Positions 13,205-24,900 of a stretch of 57,128 nt of DNA are shown piece by piece (position 1 is the stretch's first letter; the number at the start of each line of letters is the position of its first letter). Source of the stretch: Octopus bimaculoides. Its lineage: Eukaryota. A program made the position numbers and the translations under genes. The stretch is taken from contig NC_068983.1 of the NCBI RefSeq assembly GCF_001194135.2, forward strand, positions 81,477,865 through 81,534,992, read 5' to 3'. The notes under the pieces were generated by a model. It searched no databases. It was not told the origin of the DNA and saw only the letters and a program-made list of their open reading frames with translations.

Positions 13205-13725
13205 CTCTTGTACCCTGGCTATAAATTTTCAATTATATCTATCATAGGTGCATCAGGTAATGTAACTACGGATTTGTACAAAAGCCCAGAAATGTTAGGA
13301 TTTTCTAAGAAAACGCACTAGAAACTGACATGCATTCTCCAAATCCAGTCTATCAGTAGCACAGTGAAAATTTGTAAGACATTGCAAAGATTCTCATCTG
13401 AATTTTTTAAATTTAATATATGCACATACTTGATAGCGTTCACATACAGGGACAAGCGTAAAAAGTAATGATGCACGCGCAAACACACACATACACACCG
13501 AAGCACTAAAGAGACTTATTCACACAGAACATAAATGCATGTGTGTATACCTACACATACACAAACTAATTCAACCACACATTTACAAACCCCGTGAACT
13601 CTTAGCTCAAAATATCTTGTCACTTTGTTAGCGACTGACTTAAAACTCCATATATTCTTGTTCGGAACAGATAAGAAACAATATAGAATGTTCAGCTACC
13701 GTATAAAGATGTCAGAAATTAGCTG
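13205..13725 (+). repeat. Old duplicated block, paralogous to 5110-5530
   Basis: Same collinear motifs as at 5110-5530, offset ~8.09 kb. Confidence 0.75.
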
Positions 13726-13986
13726 AGCACTGTGACAGATAGCCCTATTCGAATATTTTGCAACCGTCACGCACAAGGGAAAATGATTGGATGGCATGCA
13801 ATATGAGGTTTTGTTAATCGTGTTATGTGCAATTCCAATCGCAAACAAATACACTTTAAATGTCTTGCCCGCTCACGTTTTGGTATGCTGCTATATTTCA
13901 TGGTGAGAACAATTTAGGTCTTAATAGACACAAGATGTGATCTATTTCTAGCACATTAATTGTCCACGTTAGTGGTCAACGTTATT

Positions 13987-14024
<38 letters not shown>

Positions 14025-14488
14025 AATAAGGTATTCAGAGATCTGGATGGTTGTACATTTACAGATCTTTATTANNNNNNNNNNNNNNNNNNNNNNNNNN
14101 NNNNNNNNNNNNNNNNNNNNNNNNNNNNNNNNNNNNNNNNNNNNNNNNNNNNNNNNNNNNNNNNNNNNNNNNNNNNNNNNNNNNNNNNNNNNNNNNNNNN
14201 NNNNNNNNNNNNNNNNNNNNNNNNNNNNNNNNNNNNNNNNNNNNNNNNNNNNNNNNNNNNNNNNNNNNNNNNNNNNNNNNNNNNNNNNNNNNNNNNNNNN
14301 NNNNNNNNNNNNNNNNNNNNNNNNNNNNNNNNNNNNNNNNNNNNNNNNNNNNNNNNNNNNNNNNNNNNNNNNNNNNNNNNNNNNNNNNNNNNNNNNNNNN
14401 NNNNNNNNNNNNNNNNNNNNNNNNNNNNNNNNNNNNNNNNNNNNNNNNTATATATATATATATATATATGTATGTATATATGTATATA

Positions 14489-14929
14489 AGTAAATGTAAG
14501 GATAAGCAAGTTAGGTAAGTCGATATACAAAAAATATTAAATACATTTAATACAAAAAATGTACATATGTTTATGTATTAAAAAGTCCGACTCACACAGA
14601 ATAGAAATGATACCAGGAATAATAGGGGCTGTGTAAGAGTTTTACGAGTCCAACAGCTGGGGGCTTGGTGGTTCAAAATAATGATTGTAAATTGATTCCA
14701 TCATCGGATAATACCAGCCTCCGACTTCAGGGAAGAAGTTTTACATTTGAGGTGTTGACAGAAAGGAGATTAAAGATGGAATAGTTTTGTGGAGAACTAA
14801 GTGTATGTGGAGAACTTACATTTCTATTCTGCGGAAGTCGGACCTTTTTAATGTACATATGTCGCATTAAAAGTATTTAATATTTTTTTGTATATCGACT
14901 TGCCTAACTTGCTTCTCTTTGCATTTACT
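14489..14929. mobile_element. Foldback/MITE-like element with ~115-bp inverted arms (14489-14609 and 14819-14929)
   Basis: agtaaatgtaaggataagcaagttaggtaagtcgatatacaaaaaatattaaatac...gtccgact...cagaatagaaatg matches the reverse complement of catttctattctg...agtcggac...gtatttaatatttttttgtatatcgacttgcctaacttgctt...catttact. Confidence 0.75.
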
Positions 14930-15024
14930 CCTGTACCTGCTCAACTTTAAACCTCTTGAGCACTACGATGTGTATTCTATATGCAGAATATCTGTCTTCT
15001 CTCATCTGTCTGTCTGTCTCTGTC

Positions 15025-15088
<64 letters not shown>

Positions 15089-15211
15089 TATATATATATA
15101 TATATATATATATACCGGAGTAAGCACATAAAATGTGCAACAAGGTGGAAAAAAGAGTACTCAAATACCAGAGGTAGAGTAATATACTTTATTTAAAAGC
15201 AGCAGAAATAT

Positions 15212-15265
15212 AACAAAAGACTGTTACTCGGAGTTTCACGTTCCCGTTCATCGGACAGTTTTGTT
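15212..15265 (-). ncRNA. Type I hammerhead ribozyme fold (U4C core variant, GUA cleavage triplet) inside a ~165-bp short repeat (15113-15280)
   Basis: Minus strand: aacaaa-actgt CCGATGA acg-ggaa-cgt GAAA ctc-c-gag TA | acagt-ct-tttgtt. All three stems pair and the core matches the consensus except at position 4. Confidence 0.7.
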
Positions 15266-15304
15266 AGAAATTTCTAACATACATACACACGCGCACACAC
15301 ACAC

Positions 15305-15472
15305 ATATACCGGGCTTCTCTCAGTTTCTGTCTACCAAATCCACTCACAAATCTTTGGGTTGACCCGAGGCTACAGCAGAAGACACTTGCCCAAGGTGCC
15401 ACGCAGTGGGACAGAACCTGAAACTATGTGGTTGGGAAGCAAGCTTCTTATCACACAGCCACTTCTGCGCCT
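15305..15472 (-). mobile_element. SINE family A, 5' half
   Basis: cgggcttctctcagtttctgtctaccaaatccactcac...caaggtgccacgcagtggg...cacagccacttctgcgcc. Confidence 0.9.
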
Positions 15473-15609
15473 ATATGTGTGTGTGTGTGTGTGCGTACGT
15501 GTATTAGGTGAACCGAAAGTGATGAAAAGTGGGCCGAACGCTTTTATTAAGAGATGTTGGTCGTTCATATTTCCCAGGTTGATAGAGTAACCCTTCCCCT
15601 ACAGAATAA

Positions 15610-16420
15610 TACTTTGCAACATAACTTTCGTCACAAGCAATGCATTTCTCCTGCCGTTGACATAACTCTTGAATCCGCTTGAAAAATATTCAGGTGCGCT
15701 GTTGTACCTACTTTTTTCACAGCTACTAATCTGAGTTATCAAACTGTCGTCCCCGAAGTCTGCCCTTCATTGGACCGAACAGGTGAAAATTGTAGAGTAC
15801 TGCAGCTGGGCTGTGCGGTGGAAGGAGGACCAATGATCAACCCAATTTGTCGATTACTTGATTTGTTACGAAACGTGCGTGTGAGTGCACATTGCTATGA
15901 TGGGTTGTTTTCAGATTCTTGCTTGATCTTTTTATCCTAATGGCTTCTCTAAGCTGTTTGAGTGTCCCAATGCACCGCTCGCTATTCTTGGTACAGCCAC
16001 ATTCCAGAACGGACTTCTACCATTGTCTTCTTCAAGTTGGGTGTCAAGTGCCAAGATATCTACTTTACACTCACTTTTCGATACCCAGTCCTCCAATATT
16101 TTCCGTAATGCATTGCAATCACCATCCAGTTGCATAAGCTCACGGTTTGTGAGTCGTTTATCCGCACGAATCAATTCGTTCACACATTAGTTATTCGTGT
16201 CAGTGGTCGCAGCTAATGGTTGGAGATTGCGTGGCTTTCTTCAATTCTGGTTTGTCTTCTTGTAAACTTCGTCATCCATCTATGCACATTGCTCCTCCCA
16301 TCTATGTCATCTCCGTAAATAATCTTTAGCTTTCTCTGGGTGTTGGACACCTTGCACCCTTCCTTCGGCAAAAATCCATGACGGTAGGTTGTTTCTATTT
16401 GAAACCTATTATTCGACTGC
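15610..16420 (-). mobile_element. Mariner transposase remnant (second family)
   Basis: Minus-strand fragments FLPKEGCKVSNTQRKLKIIYGDDIDGRSNVHRWMTKF, NELIRADKRLTNREL, FHLFGPMKGRLRGRQF and EKCIACDESYVAK. Confidence 0.85.
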
Positions 16421-16621
16421 AATGAAAAGCATTTTCAATTTGAATGACCTAAATCAGTTAATAAAAAAGAAGTTATGCCTGTCTAAGCGTTGCTTTCGAT
16501 ACAACTCTAGCATGTGTACGTAAGTATCTCCGCGCGCACGCACACGCGTTGTGTCTTTGTGCGTGTATGTATGATACATACATTAATATATGTATGTATA
16601 GACAGACGGACGTGTGTAATT

Positions 16622-16840
16622 TCAGGCGTGACTGTATAGTAAGAAGTTTGCTACCCAACAACTTAGTTCTGGGTTCAGTCTCACTGCGTGACACCTTGGG
16701 CAAAATGTCTTCCACATTAGTCTCAGGCCGACCAAAGTCTTGGGATTGGATTTGGTAGACGAAAACTGAAAGACGCCCATCGTCCGACCAAAGTCTTGGG
16801 AGTGGATATGCTAGACGGAAACTGAAAGAAACCCGTCGTA
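16622..16840 (+). mobile_element. SINE family A 5' half with an internal ~55-bp tandem duplication
   Basis: Family A head followed by two copies of ccgaccaaagtcttggg..tggat.tg.tagacg.aaactgaaaga. Confidence 0.9.
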
Positions 16841-16860
16841 TGTGTGTATGTGTGTGTGTG

Positions 16861-18205
16861 CTAGCTGAATGACCCGGCGTTGCCGGGTTACTGTTGTTAT
16901 TATTCAGATTAGTAAACAATAAATATAAAAATATATTCTCATAATTATTTCAAAATATCTATATTTTGTTTTAAACAAAACATCCTAATTCTAATGGTAA
17001 TAGAATTTAGAATCGAAAAATCTGCCAATGTTGAAGCACCTCAGGGTAAACAATATTCATTGTGTTATTTTTTGTTGGTGTGGGAATGAGTAAATTGTCG
17101 CTGCTTCCAAGTCGCGAGCAAGCAACATAGATTTAGCTGTGGGAGAAGCATGTAGTAGAGAGATCAAGTCCAACTACCTTGAGAGGTTGACCCTAAGATT
17201 TGTTAATTGAAATACCAAAACTTAGTTTGACTGGAAATTGAAGCGTCTTAAGTTCAAATGGAACATTTATAGGTATGAGAAGAATTTTTGGAATAAAGAC
17301 ATTTTCTCCTTTGTGACTACAAGTTATAATTGTTGCCTGTAGGACATGGGACTTCGTTGGAAGTAACAATTAAGTGAGTTCCATTACACAGGTGTTATAG
17401 GTCAAGATTCCTAAGCAACATATGGGAGCTCCGAGTTTTAGTGTCAAGTTATGCAAGTTATGCAGTGTCAAGTTATCCCACTAGGTTTAAATGTGTTCAG
17501 AAATTCAATAGGGTATTGGACAACCTGATCTTGATTGACTGTTGTCATTTGAACGAAATGTCATTTCTGATGTATCTGTTAACTTTTGAAGAAGATCATG
17601 ATTGAGTTTATCTACCATCTCATTAGCTGAAGCCAGTATAGGTCTTTCACATAGCCAGTTTTCATCAGTGTAATTGACAAATAAATTAGGAAATACTTTA
17701 TCCATAAGATCCCTAAGAGAAAGTATCGTTTGATCGCATGCAATTTCATGCAGCTGAAGTTTTGAGTTGACTGTTAATATCCTACTACCAATCTTAAGAA
17801 GCTCGTATGATCACCATGTAGAAGGACTCTCATTTTGCTTGTAAGGTTAAGTTTTTTCACATTTCTCCAAAGGTACGATTTTTTGAAGCATGCATTGACC
17901 TCGCCAGCTTTTGATCCTTTGGGGATAACTTACAACGCTTAACGCAAATCTCCTGCAAGAAGAACTGTTACTCCTCCCATGAGCGTGCTATTGTTTTTAT
18001 GTCTTGGAGAGTACGGTCAAATATCTCTAGAGCTGCACGATGTGACATAGTCCACTCATCCCAAACAAAGGGGCAAGTTTGTTGGAGAACTGTTGCTATT
18101 GCAGAGTTTTTGGAAATGTTGCACATTTGAGATTCTTTCATTGCAAGGTTTAGAGGAAGCCTGAACGTGGAATGAGCAGTTATTTCGCCAGTGAGGAGGG
18201 TAGTC
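16861..18205 (-). mobile_element. Helitron 3' fragment: PIF1-like helicase C-terminal half plus canonical 3' hairpin and CTAG end
   Basis: TAHSTFRLPL...VWDEWTMSH...DRTLQDI (helicase motifs Ia/II), ERPILASANEMVDKLN, and QFPVKLSFGISINKS*GQPLKVVGLDL...SHS*IYVACSR (motifs V/VI). The minus strand ends aacccggc-aac-gccgggtcattcagCTAG at 16861. Confidence 0.9.
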
Positions 18206-18207
18206 GC

Positions 18208-19423
18208 ACACAGATACAGTCTGACATACACTCACATACATATACTAAGACAAGCACACAGAGATATACATTCAATCACACCTCAGGTGTATCTCTGTGT
18301 GTATGTCTCTCTCTCTTCAAATGTGTGTGAGTGTGTGTGTGTGTGTGAGTCGTCACAAAAATGTATGTATGCTCACACACACATATACTCTCACATACAC
18401 TGACACACATATACTTTTCAATCATCGGCCTAAAGTACGTAACGAACGCGCAAGCACACACAGAGAGAAACACACACATACTCACAGACACATACACACT
18501 CATACAGAAAATGAGACGTGGTGGTGGTGGTGGTATAAAATGCCGCTTACGATAGTTGACTTATAGAAAGATTATCATGTTAAATTTTTGTAATGCAAAT
18601 ATGTAAATGAAAATAAAACTTATTTGGTAGCCGAAAGGTTACTGAATCTTTTGGTACCCCAATCGTCAAAATCGGCAACTAAGTTTTCGAATGTATAAAA
18701 AACATATACACGCACACGCACAAGCTCTGCAGGAATGAGAATATCACGGGCATCAGATGTGGGCTCATTAAAACGGCGTAAAGTGTCCTTTACTATAGTT
18801 TATTATAGACGTAACGATTGGGGAAGCACACACACACTCACAGACAAATACACACCCAAACAGGTATGTATATGTATGTGTAGATGCGTGTGTGTTTAAT
18901 TGTCTCAGGCCTAACGTATAAAAATGAGTACACATACAGTCGCACACACATACAATCTGACATGCAGTCACATACATCTACTAAGACAGACACACAGAGA
19001 CATACATTCACGCATACCTCAGGCGTATGTCTGTCCCTCTACGTGTGTGTCTCTCTCTTTAGATGTGTGTGTGTCGCCACAAAAATGTATGTATGCTCAT
19101 ACACACATACACTCTCACATACACTGACTCACATGTACTTCTCGGTCATCGGCCTAAACTACGTGTCGACTCACGCACACACATGCACACACACTCACAA
19201 ACACATACACAGTAATATAGAAAATGTGACGTAGTGGTGGTGGTGGTGGTGGTGGCATAAAATGTCGTTTACGACAGATGACTTAGAGAAAGATTATAAT
19301 GTAAAATTTTTGTAAGGTAAATATGCAAATGAAAATAAAGTTTATTTGGTAGCCGAAAGGTTACTGAATCTTTTGATACCCTAGATGTCAAAATCGGCAA
19401 CTAATCTTAGAATGCATAACGAA

Positions 19424-19515
<92 letters not shown>

Positions 19516-19522
19516 AACTCTG
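18208..19522 (+). repeat. Diverged tandem duplication, unit ~720 bp (18208-18730 and 18945-19522), built on CA-rich microsatellites
   Basis: Collinear blocks cacaaaaatgtatgtatgctca, tcatcggcctaaa, (ggt)n, tatttggtagccgaaaggttactgaatcttttg (18621 and 19343), gtcaaaatcggcaactaa. Confidence 0.9.
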
Positions 19523-19539
19523 CTTTATATATATCGATA

Positions 19540-19757
19540 TATGTGTGTGTGTTTGTTTTTGTCCCCGCCCCACACGCCTCGCCACCGCTTGACGACCAGT
19601 GTTGGTGTGCTTACGTCCGTCCCCATAAAATACCAGTTCATCAAAAGAGACCGATAGAATAAGTACTGGGGTCGATTCTTTCGACTAAAATTCTTCAAAA
19701 TGGTGCCCCAGTATGGCTGCAGACTAATGACTGAAACAAGTAAGAGATAAAAGATAT
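19540..19757 (+). mobile_element. SINE family A, 3' half
   Basis: tgtttgt...gtcccc...ccgcttgac...aaaagagaccgatagaataagtactggggtcgat...atgactgaaacaagtaagagataaaag. Confidence 0.85.
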
Positions 19758-20864
19758 ATACGGCTGTGTACGTGTGGGTGTGTGTGTACACACACACCGA
19801 CACACACACACATATATAGCTACTGAACAGCAACACAGTCTCTCTCTGTAAACATAAAACCTTTAAAATGCTGGAATTTTTTAAACCTATAATTTTCTCC
19901 AACGGCTGATTTAGATATCTACCTTCTGCCTCCCACAATTACACCTAGGCATAATAAACAACCTTCTCCCCCACCTCCTATTACAGTCACTCCACCATTT
20001 CAATGTAAAGAGCCTCCACAATTCATATGTTCTTCTTTTACCATTTTTATTATGTATGTTTGTATTTGTATATGTATGTTAAAAATATTATTTAGAGTTT
20101 TCTCCTTTGCTATCTATCATTTATTAACTCTAAATTTTTTAAGACATGATTTTTTTCTTACAGCAAATAGAAAGCTTGTAAATTTCTAAAATATTCACAT
20201 CTATCAGAAAAGAGTTGAGGATACTCTTACTTGTACGGACTTATATCGTCCTTCACATTTCTATCCACTAAAATCTGCTTTAGTAGCCGTAGATGTATAT
20301 GTGGTAGAGAACATATTTTGTGTATGATGTACATTTGCTTCCGTCTGCATACACCTGTAGTTATATAACTATGTATTCTTCAGTGCATATTCATCTATAC
20401 ACATACGTGTAGTTTCGGTGCCATATGCCATATGTGTCATTCAAAACTAGACACCCCTACCTACATGTGGTTTTATGGATATCAGTATACTTTAATTCAT
20501 TTTAAATCGTTTATATACATATGAAAATTTGCGTCAAGGAATGTGCATCTATATGTGTGTGTGTGTGTGTATGTGTGTGTGTGTGTGTACGTATTGTCGT
20601 TGTATGTACCCTTTCATTGATGCATTTAAAGACGTTTATATGTATGAGCGTGTAAGTGTATTTATCTATAGATATATGATATAAATCTACGTGTACAGAT
20701 ATTCGACTCTATGCGTATCCTTTTTGCTTATATACGAGCATGTGTCTATGTGTATACTTTTGTATAGAATTCATATATGTATACACATGTGTATGTCTCA
20801 CCCTCTCTCATATATGTGTGTATACATACGCACACACGCACATATACACACACATATTTAAGTG

Positions 20865-20918
<54 letters not shown>

Positions 20919-21199
20919 CTTATTTGTTCGGTTCTGTATATATATTATCTAGTTCATATTTTATACGTTTGCGATAGTGGAATCTGTATGCAAGGTTACC
21001 TGGTTACATTCTTCTTTCGATATGTATGTACTATATGTATATAGTGATCATATATTTACATTTACACACACTCACATGTCTGTGTGTGTGTATAGATAGT
21101 ACCGAGTAATACAACAGGAGGTGTATGTGTGTGTGTACACATAAGTATGTCTTCTAATGTAACAAAAACCAAATGTATTTTAGTAAAATTTCTGAACAT

Positions 21200-22420
21200 G
21201 TTCACAATAAGCTTTCTATGAATTCGTCTTCAGCTTCTATGACTACTTCAGTGCGGCATCGGAATCGTCGACACGCCTACACTAACTGGTCCGTATCCAT
21301 TTCAGACAGCACCTGGACCAGTGGTTCTCAACCGGGGTCCTTGTCGTCCTTGTCGCCCTTGAAGGTCCATTTAAGATTTTTGAGGGTCCACGCAACAAAA
21401 GAGTAACATGGGGATCCACAATAGAATTTTAAGGGCTCCTGACAAAATTTTGCTTTAGGTGCATGTTTTGATATGTCTTGCGAGAGACAGCTAGGATTTA
21501 CATAGTTCAACCTACACAAATTAATGCGCGAAAAACAAAATAGGAATTTTGAAAGGAGATTCTATAAAACCAGTTTTTAAACATCGAATGGCTATAGGGG
21601 GGGGGGTCCTCCAAAATAAAATAGTAAGCAAGGGGATCTATAATTAGAAAATGGTTGAGAATCCCTGACCTGGACAATGGCAGCCTTCAATGAAGCTATT
21701 GTATTGTGAGGATGTCGATTAGTCTCTTTCAGAAGCGCATCGAATGCAGTATTCAATGGGATTTAGATCTGGCATTCTGTGATGATTGTCTAGCATCCAT
21801 TCTTGAGTTACGCGGACTTTGTGAGAAGGTGCTGTACCTTGTTGAAATTCATGTGGCTTTCTAATGGTCTCCACTCCAGGGCTTCATAACTGTCCCCAGC
21901 ATTTTAATGTATCCAGTAGTATTAATTGTAAGACCCTACGGAAACTTGACATGTCATAACATTCATTACTCATCTCTATGAAAACCAACATTGTTGCGGG
22001 AAACTTTGTGTGAATCACTGTGGGGACATCCGAAGGATCTGCACATAACTATATGTTATTTCTCCTGTTAGACTTTTGGTCTTAGTTGAAGTTTTTCTTA
22101 TCAGAGCAGAACCAAAGTATGCCATGTTCGTTGGAGTTTTTAATGCTTTTAAGTAAATGCATGGCACGGATGAAACTGTTTTCATGTGTATTTGTAGATA
22201 TGAATTGATCTCGCCTCGGTAGATTCGACTTGGATTGAATGTCCTTGTGCCACAGCTCTGATAGTCCACTCCAATAGCTTGAAGTTCTTTGGCGATCACT
22301 CAGTTATTTTCAGGAATCACTATCGATAATGTTTTGATCCCATTGTATGAATTACGGTGCTCTTATAATGTCCAAATATTTACAATGCCTTTTCTCTGTG
22401 ATACAGTTGAAATATTCCCG
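21200..22420 (-). mobile_element. IS630/Tc1/mariner superfamily (maT-like) transposase remnant, interrupted by a hAT MITE
   Basis: Minus strand: CADPSDVPTVIHTKFPATMLV, EFQQGTAPSHKVRVTQEWM...PDLNPIEY, and VQVLSEMDTDQLV*ACRRFRCRTEVVIEAEDEFIE. Homologous to 26940-28260. Exact catalytic spacing cannot be confirmed in decayed copies. Confidence 0.85.
21319..21667 (+). mobile_element. hAT (Charlie-type) MITE
   Basis: TIRs CAGTGGTTCTCAACC...GGTTGAGAATCCCTG and a perfect 8-bp TSD ACCTGGAC (21311-21318 and 21668-21675). Confidence 0.95.
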
Positions 22421-22477
22421 TTAGAGGCTTCCAATTCCATTGGAACTTAGTGTACAAAAAAACAAAACAAAAAAAAA

Positions 22478-22595
22478 ACATGCTTGACAGGTACTTATTT
22501 TATTGAACCCGAAGTGATGAAAGGCAGAGTCGACGTCGGTGAAATTTGAACATAGAACGAGAAGACAGACGAAATGCTTAGCAGCATTTCGACAA
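22478..22595 (-). mobile_element. SINE family B fragment
   Basis: ggtacttattttattgaacccgaagtgatgaaaggcagagtcgacgtcggtgaaatttgaac is the reverse complement of the family B core. Confidence 0.8.
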
Positions 22596-22924
22596 TTGGG
22601 ACAGAAAAGTAATGAGATATATTAAGAAAAAGAAAGTAACCATATATAAACAATAGATTTAGTCAAAAGGAAATCGTCGAAGTTAACGGTCTATTGAAAA
22701 AGTGAGGGGTAAAACTATACTAAATACAATGGAAGCGTTTATTTAAAGTGCATTTAATTGTAAAGTATTTAAAAAGTATAATGTGTAGCGTTATCCGAGA
22801 GTCTCATTATTTAAAATAGTGATCGATAGTGGGTAAAGTTAAGTGCTAAATAATGAATAAAATAATAAGCTGAAAAAAATTATGAATTTACAAACATTTG
22901 TTTCAAGGCAAGTAAGACTATAAC

Positions 22925-23020
22925 ATAATTATCATTATTATACCCGAAGAGATGAAAAGCAAAGTCGAGACGGACGAAATACTGCTAAGCATTATAGCCG
23001 GCGTGTTTACGATTCTTTTT
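22925..23020 (-). mobile_element. SINE family B fragment (internally deleted)
   Basis: cccgaagagatgaaaagcaaagtcga...gacgaaatactgctaagcatt...gccggcgtgtttacgattct. Confidence 0.7.
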
Positions 23021-23097
23021 TGTTAGCTTCCTTAAATAACGGAAATATTGAATATTACTTACTTTTTGGGGATATTATTATTATCATTATTATTATT

Positions 23098-23310
23098 GTG
23101 AGCTGGCAGAATCGTTAGCACGCCAAGTTAAATGCTTAGCGACATTTCGTCCGAGTTTAAATTCCACCGGGACCAACTTTGCCTTCCATCTTTTCAGGAT
23201 CGATAAAATAAATAGTAGTTGAGTACTGGGTCCATGTAATCGACTAGCCCTTTCCCCTCAAAATTACAGGCCTTGTGCCTATTGTAGAAAGGATTATTAT
23301 TATTATAACA
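23098..23310 (+). mobile_element. SINE family B (tRNA head plus Deu/Nin-like central domain), near full length
   Basis: tggcagaatcgttagcacgcc (A box), gagtttaaattcc (B box), ctttgccttccatcttttcaggatcgataaaata (resembles the Deu/Nin SINE core from recall), (ATT)n tail. Confidence 0.85.
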
Positions 23311-23392
23311 GCTAAAATTAAATATCCTAATTTTATTACCGTGAAAAATCTTAATATTAATACTCCAACAAAATTATCATAGCGGTTATTAG

Positions 23393-24900
23393 TATAAGAA
23401 AGTTTTTTCTAATCTTATGGGACATCTTACGCGTAATTTCTCAAACATATTAACAAGATTCTTCACACATCACAAGATTTCTTGAATTTCCATGCAACAA
23501 TGAATATCGACTACTACTGCTCGTGTATGACATAGCGTTTCTTACTTGAGCCCAAGAAACTGTATTCAATATTTAGTATTTTTAATTCCCAGGTCTTTAC
23601 CGCCAGTGATGTAGCATTAACCTTATTCTTTCCCTGAAGATGTGTAAATGGTTACGTAATCTAGACTTGAAATCAATTGCTGCAGTGCCTATATAAATAT
23701 ATATANNNNNNNNNNATATATAGGCTAGATTAGAATGTCTAAGAATAAACAATATTCTTAGACGTTTATTAGTCAACATGCATTCAATTGATCTTCAAAT
23801 ATACTACCAAAAGTAGTATATTTGAAGAATATATAATACTAGTACAATTATTACTGCTGTTCCAATTACTACTACCGTAAATTAAATCATTATTACTATC
23901 ATTAATGCAATTCACCCGGGTACCCTGCATATTTAAATTATGACTACAACTAAAGTCGTTGCTAGCCATATGATTAATATTAAACATACTGCTGGGTTCA
24001 TTTTGGTTGCAGGTGACCGAACTGGTGTTAACAAGGATTGTTTTGTTATCAATCGAATTAATGTTCGGATAGGGCACATTATTACCGACATTTTGGTTTA
24101 CAGAATAATCATCACCCCCACCATACAGTACGTAACCATTATTTGTGTCATCAAGAGAAGGATTCACGTTCAAAGTAACAAAACTAGGAGTATTATGATG
24201 TTCCAACTTATCCCCATCGCTGAAAGTATTCATTTCATGTGTGCTGGAACAGGGTTTAAAAGCAGGAATAGAAACTCTATAGCATTCTTAGAATGGAACA
24301 AATTTTTCAGTTTATTATAGTTAATAACTTCAATGTTGTCAACAAAATTAGGTGTGGTTGAATATGAAAGTTTGATAGTTTGTTTCCTATATTTTCGTAC
24401 ATTTGCAAGAGGTAAAGGGAATTACGCTCTAAAGCTTTGAAAAATATTTTTGCAATTTGAGCCATTAATTTTTTTTTTTTCTGTAACAATGATTATACAC
24501 AAAATTTCTCTGCAATCCATGGTCGAGTATGCAAAGAGGCCCCGATGTTGGGACTGGTATGTTTATGATATGCAATTAGAGGTTTATCCATTCTATGTCA
24601 CATGGAATTTTCATGAGATGTTTTATTAGAATGTTTACTCAAGTCAGAAGCATATTGGTTATGCAAAGCCTTATTATATAATGTTTAGAATTATACTTTT
24701 TACGATGAGCTTGATTTTTAGATATAGGTATACGAAAATTGCTACAAGATGCTTTGACATTACCACACATGCTACGTGTGTTACTACACGATATAACACC
24801 ACGATGTTCTGCACGTATATTACTACATGATCAATCAAACATCGTGCTGTTTGACTTGTCACCAAATTTAATATCTCCATTCTACGTTAAAGTTTCTTGT
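23393..24900 (-). mobile_element. Penelope-like retroelement remnant (Naiad-like): RT C-terminus, linker and GIY-YIG endonuclease
   Basis: Minus strand: VLYRVV (decayed GLYRDD), KHLVAIF..L.LKI, QIAKIFFKALERN...TIKLSYSTTPNF, then YIGTAAIDFKSRLRNHLHIF and RCPIRLEKTFL. This follows the PLE RT-thumb/GIY-YIG order. The clade call is from recalled motifs. Confidence 0.8.

Noticed and set aside
15503-16455. Possible TIRs for the second mariner (tattaggtg... / ...gacctaaat)
   Set aside because: Only about 6 nt match convincingly, which is too weak to define termini.
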